A stretch of DNA of 64,000 bases from Octopus sinensis (lineage: Eukaryota), in contig NC_043021.1 of the NCBI RefSeq assembly GCF_006345805.1, positions 11,532,001 to 11,596,000 of the forward strand, in the 5' to 3' direction. Below, piece after piece: positions 27,301-39,895 of this stretch (position 1 is the stretch's first letter; each line of letters opens with the position of its first letter). Made by a program: the position numbers and the translations under genes. The notes under the pieces were generated by a model. It worked only from the letters and a program-made list of their open reading frames with translations, was not told the origin of the DNA and searched no databases.

Positions 27301-30300
27301 GTTCCCTGTCATCAATTCACCGCAGGGAAAGTTAACTGTCATCAATTCACCGCAGGGAAAGTTCCCTGTCATCAATTCACCGCAGGGAAAGTTCCCTGTC
27401 ATCAATTCACCGCAGGGAAAGTTCCCTGTCATCAATTCACCGCAGGGAAAGTTCCCTGTCATCAATTCACCGCAGGGAAAGCTCACTGTCATCAATTCAC
27501 TGCAGGGAAAGTTCCCTGTCATCAATTCACCGCAGGGAAAGTTCCCTGTCATCAATTCACCGCAGGGAAAGTTCCCTGTCATCAATTCACCGCAGGGAAA
27601 GTTAACTGTCATCAATTCACTGCAGGAAAAGTTCCCTGTCATCAATTCACCGCAGGGAAAGTTAACTGTCATCAATTCACTGCAGGAAAAGTTCCCTGTC
27701 ATCAATTCACCGCAGGGAAAGTTCCCTGTCATCAATTCACCGCAGGGAAAGTTCCCTGTCATCAATTCACTGCAGGGAAAGTTCCCTGTCATCAATTCAC
27801 CGCAGGGAAAGTTAACTGTCATCAATTCACCGCAGGGAAAGTTCCCTGTCATCAATTCACCGCAGGGAAGCTCACTGTCATCAATTCACTGCAGGGAAAG
27901 TTCCCTGTCATCAATTCACCGCAGGGAAAGTTCCCTGTCATCAATTCACCGCAGGGAAGTTCCCTGTCATCAATTCACTGCAGGGAAAGTTCCCTGTCAT
28001 CAATTCACCGCAGGGAAAGTTCCCTGTCATCAATTCACCGCAGGGAAAGTTAACTGTCATCAATTCACCGCAGGGAAAGTTCCCTGTCATCAATTCACCG
28101 CAGGGAAAGTTAACTGTCATCAATTCACCGCAGGGAAAGTTCCCTGTCATCAATTCACCGCAGGGAAAGCTCACTGTCATCAATTCACTGCAGGGAAAGT
28201 TCCCTGTCATCAATTCACCGCAGGGAAAGTTCCCTGTCATCAATTCACCGCAGGGAAAGTTCCCTGTCATCAATTCACTGCAGGGAAAGTTCCCTGTCAT
28301 CAATTCACCGCAGGGAAAGTTCCCTGTCATCAATTCACCGCAGGGAAAGTTAACTGTCATCAATTCACCGCAGGGAAAGTTCCCTGTCATCAATTCACCG
28401 CAGGGAAAGTTCATTGTCATCAATTCACTACAGGGAAAGTTAACTGTCATCAATTCACTACAGGGAAAGTTCTCTGTCATCAATTCACCGCAGGGAAAGT
28501 TAACTGTCATCAATTCACCGCAGGGAAAGTTCCCTGTCATCAATTCACTACAGGGAAAGTTCATTGTCATCAATTCACTGCAGGGAAAGTTCCCTGTCAT
28601 CAATTCACCACAGGGAAAGTTAACTGTCATCAATTCACTACAGGGAAAGTTCATTGTCATCAATTCACTGCAGGGAAAGTTCCCTGTCATCAATTCACTA
28701 CAGGGAAAGTTCATTGTCATCAATTCACTACAGGGAAAGTTAACTGTCATCAATTCACTACAGGGAAAGTTCTCTGTCATCAATTCACCGCAGGGAAAGT
28801 TAACTGTCATCAATTCACCGCAGGGAAAGTTCCCTGTCATCAATTCACTACAGGGAAAGTTCATTGTCATCAATTCACTGCAGGGAAAGTTCCCTGTCAT
28901 CAATTCACCACAGGGAAAGTTAACTGTCATCAATTCACTACAGGGAAAGTTCTCTGTCATCAATTCACCGCAGGGAAAGTTCTCTGTCATCAATTCCCCG
29001 CAGGGAAAGTTCCCTGTCATCAATTCACCGCAGGGAAAGTTAACTGTCATCAATTCACCGCAGGGAAAGTTCCCTGTCATCAATTCACTACAGGGAAAGT
29101 TCATTGTCATCAATTCACTGCAGGGAAAGTTCCCTGTCATCAATTCACTGCAGGGAAAGTTCCCTGTCATCAATTCACCGCAGGGAAAGTTCCCTGTCAT
29201 CAATTCACTACAGGGAAAGTTCATTGTCATCAATTCACCGCAGGGAAAGTTCCCTGTCATCAATTCACCGCAGGGAAAGTTCCCTGTCATCAATTCACCG
29301 CAGGGAAAGTTCCCTGTCATCAATTCACTGCAGGGAAAGTTCATTGTCATCAATTCACCGCAGGGAAAGTTCCCTGTCATCAATTCCCCGCAGGGAAAGT
29401 TCCCTGTCATCAATTCACTGCAGGGAAAGTTCATTGTCATCAATTCACCGCAGGGAAAGTTCCCTGTCATCAATTCACTGCAGGGAAAGTTCCCTGTCAT
29501 CAATTCACTGCAGGGAAAGTTAACTGTCATAAATTCACCGCAGGGAAAGTTCTCTGTCATCAATTCACCGCAGGGAAAGTTCCCTGTCATCAATTCACTG
29601 CAGGGAAAGTTCCCTGTCATCAATTCACCGCAGGGAAAGTTCCCTGTCATCAATTCACTGCAGGGAAAGTTCCCTGTCATCAATTCACTGCAGGGAAAGT
29701 TCTCTGTCATCAATTCACCGCAGGGAAAGTTAACTGTCATCAATTCACCGCAGGGAAAGTTCTCTGTCATCAATTCACCGCAGGGAAAGTTCCCTGTCAT
29801 CAATTCACTGCAGGGAAAGTTCATTGTCATCAATTCACCGCAGGGAAAGTTAACTGTCATCAATTCACCGCAGGGAAAGTTCACCGTCATCAATTCACCG
29901 CAGGGAAAGTTAACTGTCATCAATTCACCGCAGGGAAAGTTCTCTGTCATCAATTCACCGCAGGGAAAGTTAACTGTCATCAATTCACCGCAGGGAAAGT
30001 TAACTGTCATCAATTCACCGCAGGGAAAGTTCCCTGTCATCAATTCCCCGCAGGGAAAGTTCCCTGTCATCAATTCCCCGCAGGGAAAGTTCTCTGTCAT
30101 CAATTCACCGCAGGGAAAGTTCCCTGTCATCAATTCACCGCAGGGAAAGTTAACTGTCATCAATTCACCGCAGGGAAAGTTCTCTGTCATCAATTCACCG
30201 CAGGGAAAGTTACTGTCATCAATTCACCGCAGGGAAAGTTAACTGTCATCAATTCACCGCAGGGAAGTTAACTGTCATCAATTCACCGCAGGGAAAGTTA

Positions 30301-33300
30301 ACTGTCATCAATTCACCGCAGGGAAAGTTAACTGTCATCAATTCACCGCAGGGAAAGTTAACTGTCATCAATTCACCGCAGGGAAAGTTAACTGTCATCA
30401 ATTCACCGCAGGGAAAGTTAACTGTCATCAATTCACCGCAGGGAAAGTTCCCTGTCATCAATTCACCGCAGGGAAAGTTCCCTGTCATCAATTCACTGCA
30501 GGGAAAGTTAACTGTCATCAATTCACCGCAGGGAAATTAACTGTCATCAATTCACCGCAGGGAAAGTTAACTGTCATCAATTCACCGCAGGGAAGTTCTC
30601 TGTCATCAATTCACCGCAGGGAAAGTAACTGTCATCAATTCACCGCAGGGAAAGTTCCCTGTCATCAATTCACTGCAGGGAAAGTTCATTGTCATCAATT
30701 CACTGCAGGGAAAGTTAACTGTCATCAATTCACCGCAGGGAAAGTTCCCTGTCATCAATTCACCGCAGGGAAAGTTAACTGTCATCAATTCACCGCAGGG
30801 AAAGTTAACTGTCATCAATTCACCGCAGGGAAAGTTAACTGTCATCAATTCACCGCAGGGAAAGTTCTCTGTCATCAATTCACCGCAGGGAAAGTTAACT
30901 GTCATCAATTCACCGCAGGGAAAGTTCCCTGTCATCAATTCACCGCAGGGAAAGTTAACTGTCATCAATTCACCGCAGGGAAAGTTCTCTGTCATCAATT
31001 CACCGCAGGGAAAGTTAACTGTCATCAATTCACCGCAGGGAAAGTTCCCTGTCATCAATTCACCGCAGGGAAAGTTAACTGTCATCAATTCACCGCAGGG
31101 AAAGTTAACTGTCATCAATTCACCGCAGGGAAAGTTCCCTGTCATCAATTCACCGCAGGGAAAGTTCCCTGTCATCAATTCACTGCAGGGAAAGTTCATT
31201 GTCATTAATTCACCGCAGGGAAAGTTAACTGTCATCAATTCACCGCAGGGAAAGTTCCCTGTCATCAATTCACCGCAGGGAAAGTTCCCTGTCATCAATT
31301 CACTGCAGGGAAAGTTCATTGTCATTAATTCACCGCAGGGAAGTTCTCTGTCATCAATTCCCCGCAGGGAAAGTTCCCTGTCATCAATTCCCCGCAGGGA
31401 AAGTTCCCTGTCATCAATTCCCCGCAGGGAAAGTTCTCTCTGTCATCATTCCCCGCAGGGAAAGTTCCCTGTCATCAATTCACCGCAGGGAAAGTTAACT
31501 GTCATCAATTCACCGCAGGGAAAGTTCTCTGTCATCAATTCACCGCAGGGAAAGTTAACTGTCATCAATTCCCCGCAGGGAAAGTTCCCTGTCATCAATT
31601 CACCGCAGGGAAAGTTCTCTGTCATCAATTCCCCGCAGGGAAAGTTCCCTGTCATCAATTCCCCGCAGGGAAAGTTCCCTGTCATCAATTCACCGCAGGG
31701 AAAGTTCCCTGTCATCAATTCACCGCAGGGAAAGTTCCCTGTCATCAATTCACCGCAGGGAAAGTTCCCTGTCATCAATTCACTGCAGGGAAAGTTAACT
31801 GTCATCAATTCACCGCAGGGAAAGTTCCCTGTCATCAATTCACCGCAGGGAAAGTTCCCTGTCATCAATTCACCGCAGGGAAAGTTCCCTGTCATCAATT
31901 CACTGCAGGGAAAGTTCCCTGTCATCAATTCACCGCAGGGAAAGTTCCCTGTCATCAATTCCCCGCAGGGAAAGTTCTTTGTCATCAATTCACCGCAGGG
32001 AAAGTTCCCTGTCATCAATTCACCGCAGGGAAAGTTCTCTGTCATCAATTCACCGCAGGGAAAGTTAACTGTCATCAATTCACCGCAGGGAAAGTTAACT
32101 GTCATCAATTCACCGCAGGGAAAGTTAACTGTCATCAATTCACCGCAGGGAAAGTTAACTGTCATCAATTCACCGCAGGGAAAGTTAACTGTCATCAATT
32201 CACCGCAGGGAAAGTTAACTGTCATCAATTCACCGCAGGGAAAGTTAACTGTCATCAATTCACCGCAGGGAAAGTTAACTGTCATCAATTCACCGCAGGG
32301 AAAGTTCCCTGTCATCAATTCACCGCAGGGAAAGTTCCCTGTCATCAATTCACTGCAGGGAAAGTTAACTGTCATCAATTCACCGCAGGGAAAGTTAACT
32401 GTCATCAATTCACCGCAGGGAAAGTAACTGTTAAATGTCAATTCACCGCAGGGAAAGTTCTCTGTCATCAATTCACCGCAGGGAAAGTTAACTGTCATCA
32501 ATTCACCGCAGGGAAAGTTCCCTGTCATCAATTCACTGCAGGGAAAGTTCATTGTCATCAATTCACTGCAGGGAAAGTTAACTGTCATCAATTCACCGCA
32601 GGGAAAGTTCCCTGTCATCAATTCACCGCAGGGAAAGTTAACTGTCATCAATTCACCGCAGGGAAAGTTAACTGTCATCAATTCACCGCAGGGAAAGTTA
32701 ACTGTCATCAATTCACCGCAGGGAAAGTTCTCTGTCATCAATTCACCGCAGGGAAAGTTAACTGTCATCAATTCACCGCAGGGAAAGTCCCTGTCATCAA
32801 TTCACCGCAGGGAAAGTTCACCGTCATCAAATTCACCGCAGGCAAGTTCACCGTCATCAAATTCACCGCAGGGAAAGTTAACTGTCATCAATTCACCGCA
32901 GGGAAAGTTCCCTGTCATCAATTCACCGCAGGGAAAGTTAACTGTCATCAATTCACCGCAGGGAAAGTTAACTGTCATCAATTCACCGCAGGGAAAGTTC
33001 CCTGTCATCAATTCACCGCAGGGAAAGTTCCCTGTCATCAATTCACTGCAGGGAAAGTTCATTGTCATTAATTCACCGCAGGGAAAGTTCTCTGTCATCA
33101 ATTCCCCGCAGGGAAAGTTCCCTGTCATCAATTCCCCGCAGGGAAAGTTCCCTGTCATCAATTCCCCGCAGGGAAAGTTCCCTGTCATCAATTCCCCGCA
33201 GGGAAAGTTCTCTGTCATCAATTCCCCGCAGGGAAAGTTCCCTGTCATCAATTCACCGCAGGGAAAGTTAACTGTCATCAATTCACCGCAGGGAAAGTTC

Positions 33301-36010
33301 TCTGTCATCAATTCACCGCAGGGAAAGTTAACTGTCATCAATTCCCCGCAGGGAAAGTTCCCTGTCATCAATTCACCGCAGGGAAAGTTCTCTGTCATCA
33401 ATTCCCCGCAGGGAAAGTTCCCTGTCATCAATTCCCCGCAGGGAAAGTTCCCTGTCATCAATTCACCGCAGGGAAAGTTCCCTGTCATCAATTCACCGCA
33501 GGGAAAGTTCCCTGTCATCAATTCACCGCAGGGAAAGTTCCCTGTCATCAATTCACTGCAGGGAAAGTTAACTGTCATCAATTCACCGCAGGGAAAGTTC
33601 CCTGTCATCAATTCACCGCAGGAAAGTTCCCTGTCATCAATTCACCGCAGGGAAGTTCCCTGTCATCAATTCACTGCAGGGAAAGTTCCTGTCATCAATT
33701 CACCGCAGGGAAAGTTCCCTGTCATCAATTCCCCGCAGGGAAAGTTCTCTGTCATCAATTCACCGCAGGGAAAGTTCCCTGTCATCAATTCACCGCAGGG
33801 AAAGTTCCCTGTCATCAATTCACCGCAGGGAAAGTTCCCTGTCATCAATTCACTGCAGGGAAAGTTCCCTGTCATCAATTCACCGCAGGGAAAGTTCCCT
33901 GTCATCAATTCACTGCAGGGAAAGTTCCCTGTCATCAATTCACCGCAGGGAAAGTTCCCTGTCATCAATTCACTGCAGGGAAAGTTCCCTGTCATCAATT
34001 CACCGCAGGGCATCTCGAGTGGGCAACTTTTTAAAACTCTTTTCTTACTAATTTTTTATTATAATTTTCAGTTTTATCATAGCTTTTTAATGTCAAATGT
34101 GATTTTGAACAATGTTGTGTACTTGAGCAAAACACTTCATATCGCACTGTTCTGCAATTACTTCGACACCTGACATGTGGTATGTTGTGCACCTGTTCAG
34201 GCAACATTGATTTGAAGGAGAGAGTGAGCTAAAGTATGGCATGAACATATTCGATCACTATAAACAAATCATTTCTGCAGGTCATTCAGCAAAAGCTGAC
34301 CACTCATGGGTCATCAACAGGAGAGTCCATTACAAGTGTCTTCTACTATAGCCTCGGGCCGACCAAAGCCTTGTGAGTGGATTTGGTAGACGGAAACTGA
34401 AAGAAGCCCGTTGTATATATATATATATGCGTGTGTGTTTGTGTGTCTATGTTTGTCCCTCTAGCATTGCTTGACAACCGATGCTGGTGTGTTTATGTCC
34501 CAGTGACTTAGCGGTTCGGCTAAAGAGACCGATAGAATAAGTACTGGGCTTACAAAGAATAAGTCCTGGGGTCGAGTTGCTCGATTAAAGGCAGTGCTCC
34601 AGCAACTTACCACACAGCCACTCCTGGTACATATTCTATCGGTATCTTTTCCTGACATGAAAATTTACAGGGATGTAAACAAACCAACACCAGCTGTCAA
34701 ATGGTGGGGGTAATGACAAACACTAACACAAAGATATACATGCGTGTGTATGTGTTTGTGTGTGTATGTAGGTTCAATTCTCTGTAGCTGCCTAGGCTGT
34801 TTTCACAGGTATCCAGCATTCAAAATTTATTTTATTTTTTTCATCATCATTGTTTAACATCCATTTTCCATGCTGGCATGGGTTGGACGCTTTGACTTGG
34901 GACTGGCAGGCCAAGAGACCAAACCAGGCTCCAATCTGATCTGGCAATGTTTCTCCAGTTGGATGCCCTTCCTAAGTGGATGCTTTTTACATGTCACCGA
35001 CACAGGAGTCAGTCAGGTGGCACTGGCATTGGCCACATTCAGAACGTGCTTTTCACGTGCCACCGGCACAGGAGCCGGTTGATGCAGGGGGAGCTGGCAT
35101 CATCCACATTTGGATGGTGCTTTTTACGTGCCACCATAAAATACATATATGTATGTGAGTGTGACAGTGTGTGTATGATGGGCTTCCACACAGTTTCCAC
35201 CTACCAGATTCACTAACAAGGCATCGGCTGGCCTGGGGCTATAGTAGAAAACATTCCTTACCCAAAATGCCATACAGTGGCAATGAAACTGAAACCACGT
35301 GGTTGTAGAGCAAGCTTCTTCACTCCACCGCACAGCCACGCAACCAGAAAACAAAAATATACAATTGAAGATAGATGGGTGTGGAAGACATTTTAGGGGT
35401 GCTACAATGGAAAGGCAATTGTGATGATGAGGATGATGATGGTGGCTAGATGATAATGGCCAAGATGTAGTAAGGGGTGGTGTAGACGAGAAGCACCATT
35501 TTTCTAAGACCACAACTTAAATATGTACATTCATGTATGTATGTATGTATGTATGCATGTATATAGAAACGTGTGTGTGTGTATATGTAAACACACACAC
35601 ACACATATATATATACACAGACATACACACACACACACATATATATATATATACACACACACACACATTCAAACTTGTACTGTAGCTGTGCAAATATGTG
35701 CATGCGTGCAAGTGCAAAAGCTTGTACATGTGTTCTCACTAGTAAATATGCATACATCCATGCGCATGAATAGGCCAAGAGCATGCTCGTCTGTCTGCGC
35801 GTGCATGCAAGTGCACACACGCACGTGCATGCATGCATTAAGAGATAATTCGAAACATGGGATACACTCACACACACAAATACACACACACACACACACA
35901 CACACAAAGATAAACTGAAGATTCCTCTTCACCACACACACACACACAAAGATAAACTGAAGATTCCTCTTCACACACACACACACACAAAGATAAACCG
36001 AAGATTCCTC

Positions 36011-36080
<70 letters not shown>

Positions 36081-38647
36081 GATAAACCGAAGATTCCTCT
36101 TCACACACACACACACACACACACACAACACACACACAAAGATAAACCGAAGATTCCTCTTCACACACACACACACATTATTAACGTCCCTCCCTGCCAG
36201 CATTATTATTTCCCATCATGCAACACTCAGAAACTGGGTTAAGGGACAAAATGGAAGATTAAAGGATGAGATGGAAGAATGAATGATGGAAGATTGTGCG
36301 TGGGTTTATAGCGATGGGTTAGGGGTAAAAGATGGTAAAAGGGTCCAAGTGGTGGCAGCGGCAGTGGTGTGGTGGTATAGGTTGTGGTGCTGGTGTAAAT
36401 GCAGAGAGAGAAGATTAAGGGAGCCGACTAAGAGGGATGGTAGTAGGAGTACTAACAGAAGGAGGTGATGGAAATAGACAGAGAAGATAAGAGATGTGTG
36501 AAGTAGTGATGTGTGGGGAGAGAGAAGGGGAGGTAAAGTGAAAGTGAGAGGGTGGGGGTGACGGTGAGACGAAAAGGGAGGGGGCAGTGAGAGGGAGAGA
36601 TGGGGTGTGGGAGAGACAAGAGGATGCGGTGAGTGAGGCGGAGGAAAGAGAGATGGGGAAATAAGAGACAGGTGCAGTGAGAGTGAGAGGGGGGAAGAGG
36701 GAGACAAAGAAGTGTAGTGAGAGAGAAAGAGAGGTGAAAGAAAGAGAAATGAATGCAGTGAGTGAGAGAGAGAGAGAGAGAGAAAAGGTAAAGGAAAAGA
36801 GACAGAAGTTCAGTGAGAACAGGGGGAAGTGGGAGACAAAAAGTAAGAGAGAGAGAGGGGGTGGAAGAAAGAAAGACAAATAAATGCATTGAGAGAGAGA
36901 GGGAGAGGTGGCTAGAGAAAGACCCCTAAAGGGTACGGTGGAAAGAGGGAGGTGGTGATGTGTATGCATGAAAAAAGGGTACGCCAGTAAAAAGGATGTG
37001 CAGTAAAGTGATGGAAGAGGAGGGGGAAGGGAGTAACAAGAGGGACAAGCGAAAGGGTTGCAGTGAGAGGCTGGCAGAGAGAGAGAGAGAAAGAGGGAAA
37101 AAAAAGGCATAGACTTACTGGTGAGATGAGGAGGAGGAAGGGGAGAGACAATATGTAAGAGAGGGGGAGAGATAGTGAGAGGGTGGAATGAATTGGGTTG
37201 GGTTGGGTGGTTGGTTTGTGTGTCAGAAACACAAAAAGTCATGCAAAAAGTAGAAAGACAGAAAAGACTTCATCAACCCACCCCCACCATCGCCATCAAT
37301 TCCCCTACACACACACACACACACACACATTCTACTCAGCTCCCCCACCACCACTGCCACCCCACCGCTGATATGCTGTCTGCCCTCACCACTCCCACCC
37401 ACGCCACTGTTGACTTACTAAGTAATATTAGGAGAATGAGAAGATGGTACCTGAAGAAGACTACAACCCCCCACCCCGCTTAGCTCCACCACCAGCGCTT
37501 CCCCACTTCACTACACCTAGTGAGATAACAGGAACGGAACATATGAGGTAAGGCGTTAAGGGTTGGGGGATGAGGGGCAAGGGGAAAGATGCCGAAGAGG
37601 AGGGGGCAACATGGTGCTTGCTGTGCTGTTAACAGCGATGCGATTATTTGGGAGTCTATAAACAAGTTATGGACACGCATACACACACACAGATAGAGGA
37701 GCATACATAGGGTTGGGGCCAGCAGGGCACATGCCCTGGGTACCAATTTGAGCAGGAGCGGGGGTGCAATTTTGGCCAATTTTTCTAATTAAGCCATTTA
37801 AAAAGGGTAGGGTTTGTATTATTTATTGCCATCCGTGCCGCTAGACAGAATAGGTTTTCTTACTGACTTCACAAAATGCATGCACTGCATTTTGGTTGGG
37901 GGTGGGGTCAGTTTTGATGCTTGCCCTGAATGCCAGTTACCCTAGCTACACCCCTGCACAAACACACACACACAAACACAATATTTATAAATAAATAAAT
38001 ATATAAACATTTTGTTTTGGGATTTGGTTTGCAAGATTCTTTATGTGAGTTCGTGTGTTGAAGCATATTCCGTTGTGTCTGGAGAGTCATATTCTTTTTG
38101 TGCCTTATAATTTGGTTGAGGGTCAAGACTATTGAAAAGGTTGCAAGACGCAACGAAAATTTTAGGAAAATAAAAATAAGAAATAAGTGGAAATTTTACT
38201 GGTGAGTGTGTTAAATTATAAGGCACTAAAAGAGAATGACTCTACCCAGTACATATACATTCTTTTATTCTTTTACTTGTTTCAGTCATCAGACTGCGCC
38301 ATGCTGCAGCACTGCCTTTAGTCGAGCAAATCGACCACAGGACTTATTCTTTGTAAGCCTAGTACTTATTCTATCGGTCTCTTTTGCCGAACCACTAAGT
38401 TACAGGGATGTAAACATACCAGCGCCAGTTGTCAAGTGATGATAGGGAGAAAAACACAGACACACACATATATATATATATAAACGACAGGCTTCTTTCA
38501 GTTTCTGTCTACCAAATCCACTCACAAGGCTTTGGTCAGCCCGAGGCTATAGTAGACGACACTTGCCCAAGGTGCCACGCAGTGGGACTGAACCCGGAAC
38601 CATGTGGTTGGGAAGCAAGCTACATACCACACAGCCACTCCTGTGCC

Positions 38648-38681
<34 letters not shown>

Positions 38682-39802
38682 CATAACAGTACTTGTTCCA
38701 TATCCTCAAGTTGTTTTCTCTTGCTTGTTCTTGCTTGGATTGACTATATATGTGTGTGTGTGTGTGTGTATAGGAAACAGGCTGTGTGGTTGAGAAGACT
38801 GCTTCCACACCACTTGGTTCCAAGTGGTTGTTGTTCAGTCCCACTCCATGGCACTTTGGATAAGTACAAGTGTCTTCTGCTACAGCCCTGGGTAAACCAA
38901 AGTGTTCTGAGTAGATGTGGAAGGAGGAAACTGAAAAGAAGCCTGTAATGTATGTGTTGCTGTGGGGGGGGGGGGGGGGTGCATGCATGTGTGTATATAT
39001 GTGTTTGTGTATGTATGTATGCATGTGTGTATATCTGTGTGATATGTGTGTATATGTGTATATATGTGTGTGTATATATGCGTGTATATATATGTGTGTG
39101 TGTGTGTATTCATCCACCAGTGAAGGCTTAGTGGTTAGGGTATTCAGCTCATGATCATAAAACTGGGAGTTCAATTCCCTGGAGCACACTGTATCCTTGA
39201 GCAAGACACTTTATTTCACCAGTGCCGCCTGACTGGTGTCGGTGACACTCAGCTGGCAAAAGTGAGTAGTACTTGTATTTCAAAGGGCCAACCTTGTCAG
39301 ACTCTGTGTCACACTGGACTCTCCCAGAGAACAATGTTAATGGCACGCATGTCTGTGGAGTACTCAGCCACTTGCACATTAATTTCAAAAGCGGGTTATT
39401 CCTTCAATCAGATTAACTGGAACCCGCATCTTCGTAACCAACAAAGTGCCAATTTTTTTGTGTTTGTCCACCACTGCTGCTTGGCAACCGCTGTTAGTTT
39501 GTTTACATACCTCTTGCTTAGCAGCTTGGCAAAAGAGACGACCAAGTTTTGAAAGAAAGTAAGTATTGAGGTTGAATTCTGAGCAGAAGGGAGGGGCACC
39601 TAAAACTGAAGTGGGAACCTCTCGATTTGCAGATGAATGCTCTGCCATTATAAATTGGCCTACATCTTTCAATACGCTTGCCTACACTTTACACAACCAC
39701 AATTACCATACCACACTAATGGCATGAAGGCTCTTACAGGTCAATCCTCTTCTTCAGCGGGAGTGGAGTGGTATTAACACTTCTGCTGTGGAGGACAGGT
39801 CT

Positions 39803-39895
<93 letters not shown>

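Noticed and set aside
26999-34010. CRISPR array
   Set aside because: Palindromic ~30-bp repeats are head-to-tail with no unique spacers, there are no cas genes, and the context is a eukaryotic intron.
26903-34013. 1122-aa, 750-aa, 441-aa and other long ORFs over the array called as genes
   Set aside because: They follow from a stop-free 30-bp unit, change frame at indels and occur on both strands; kept only as a low-interest hypothesis.
34011-34100. Transmembrane tail after the array ORF
   Set aside because: Careful translation gives [26 protein letters not shown]..., T-rich non-coding sequence rather than a clean hydrophobic helix.
39728-39765. Hammerhead on the minus strand (CUGAAGA-A-GAGG...CC-UGUA)
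   Set aside because: GAAA and stem III are missing; at best a deleted relic.
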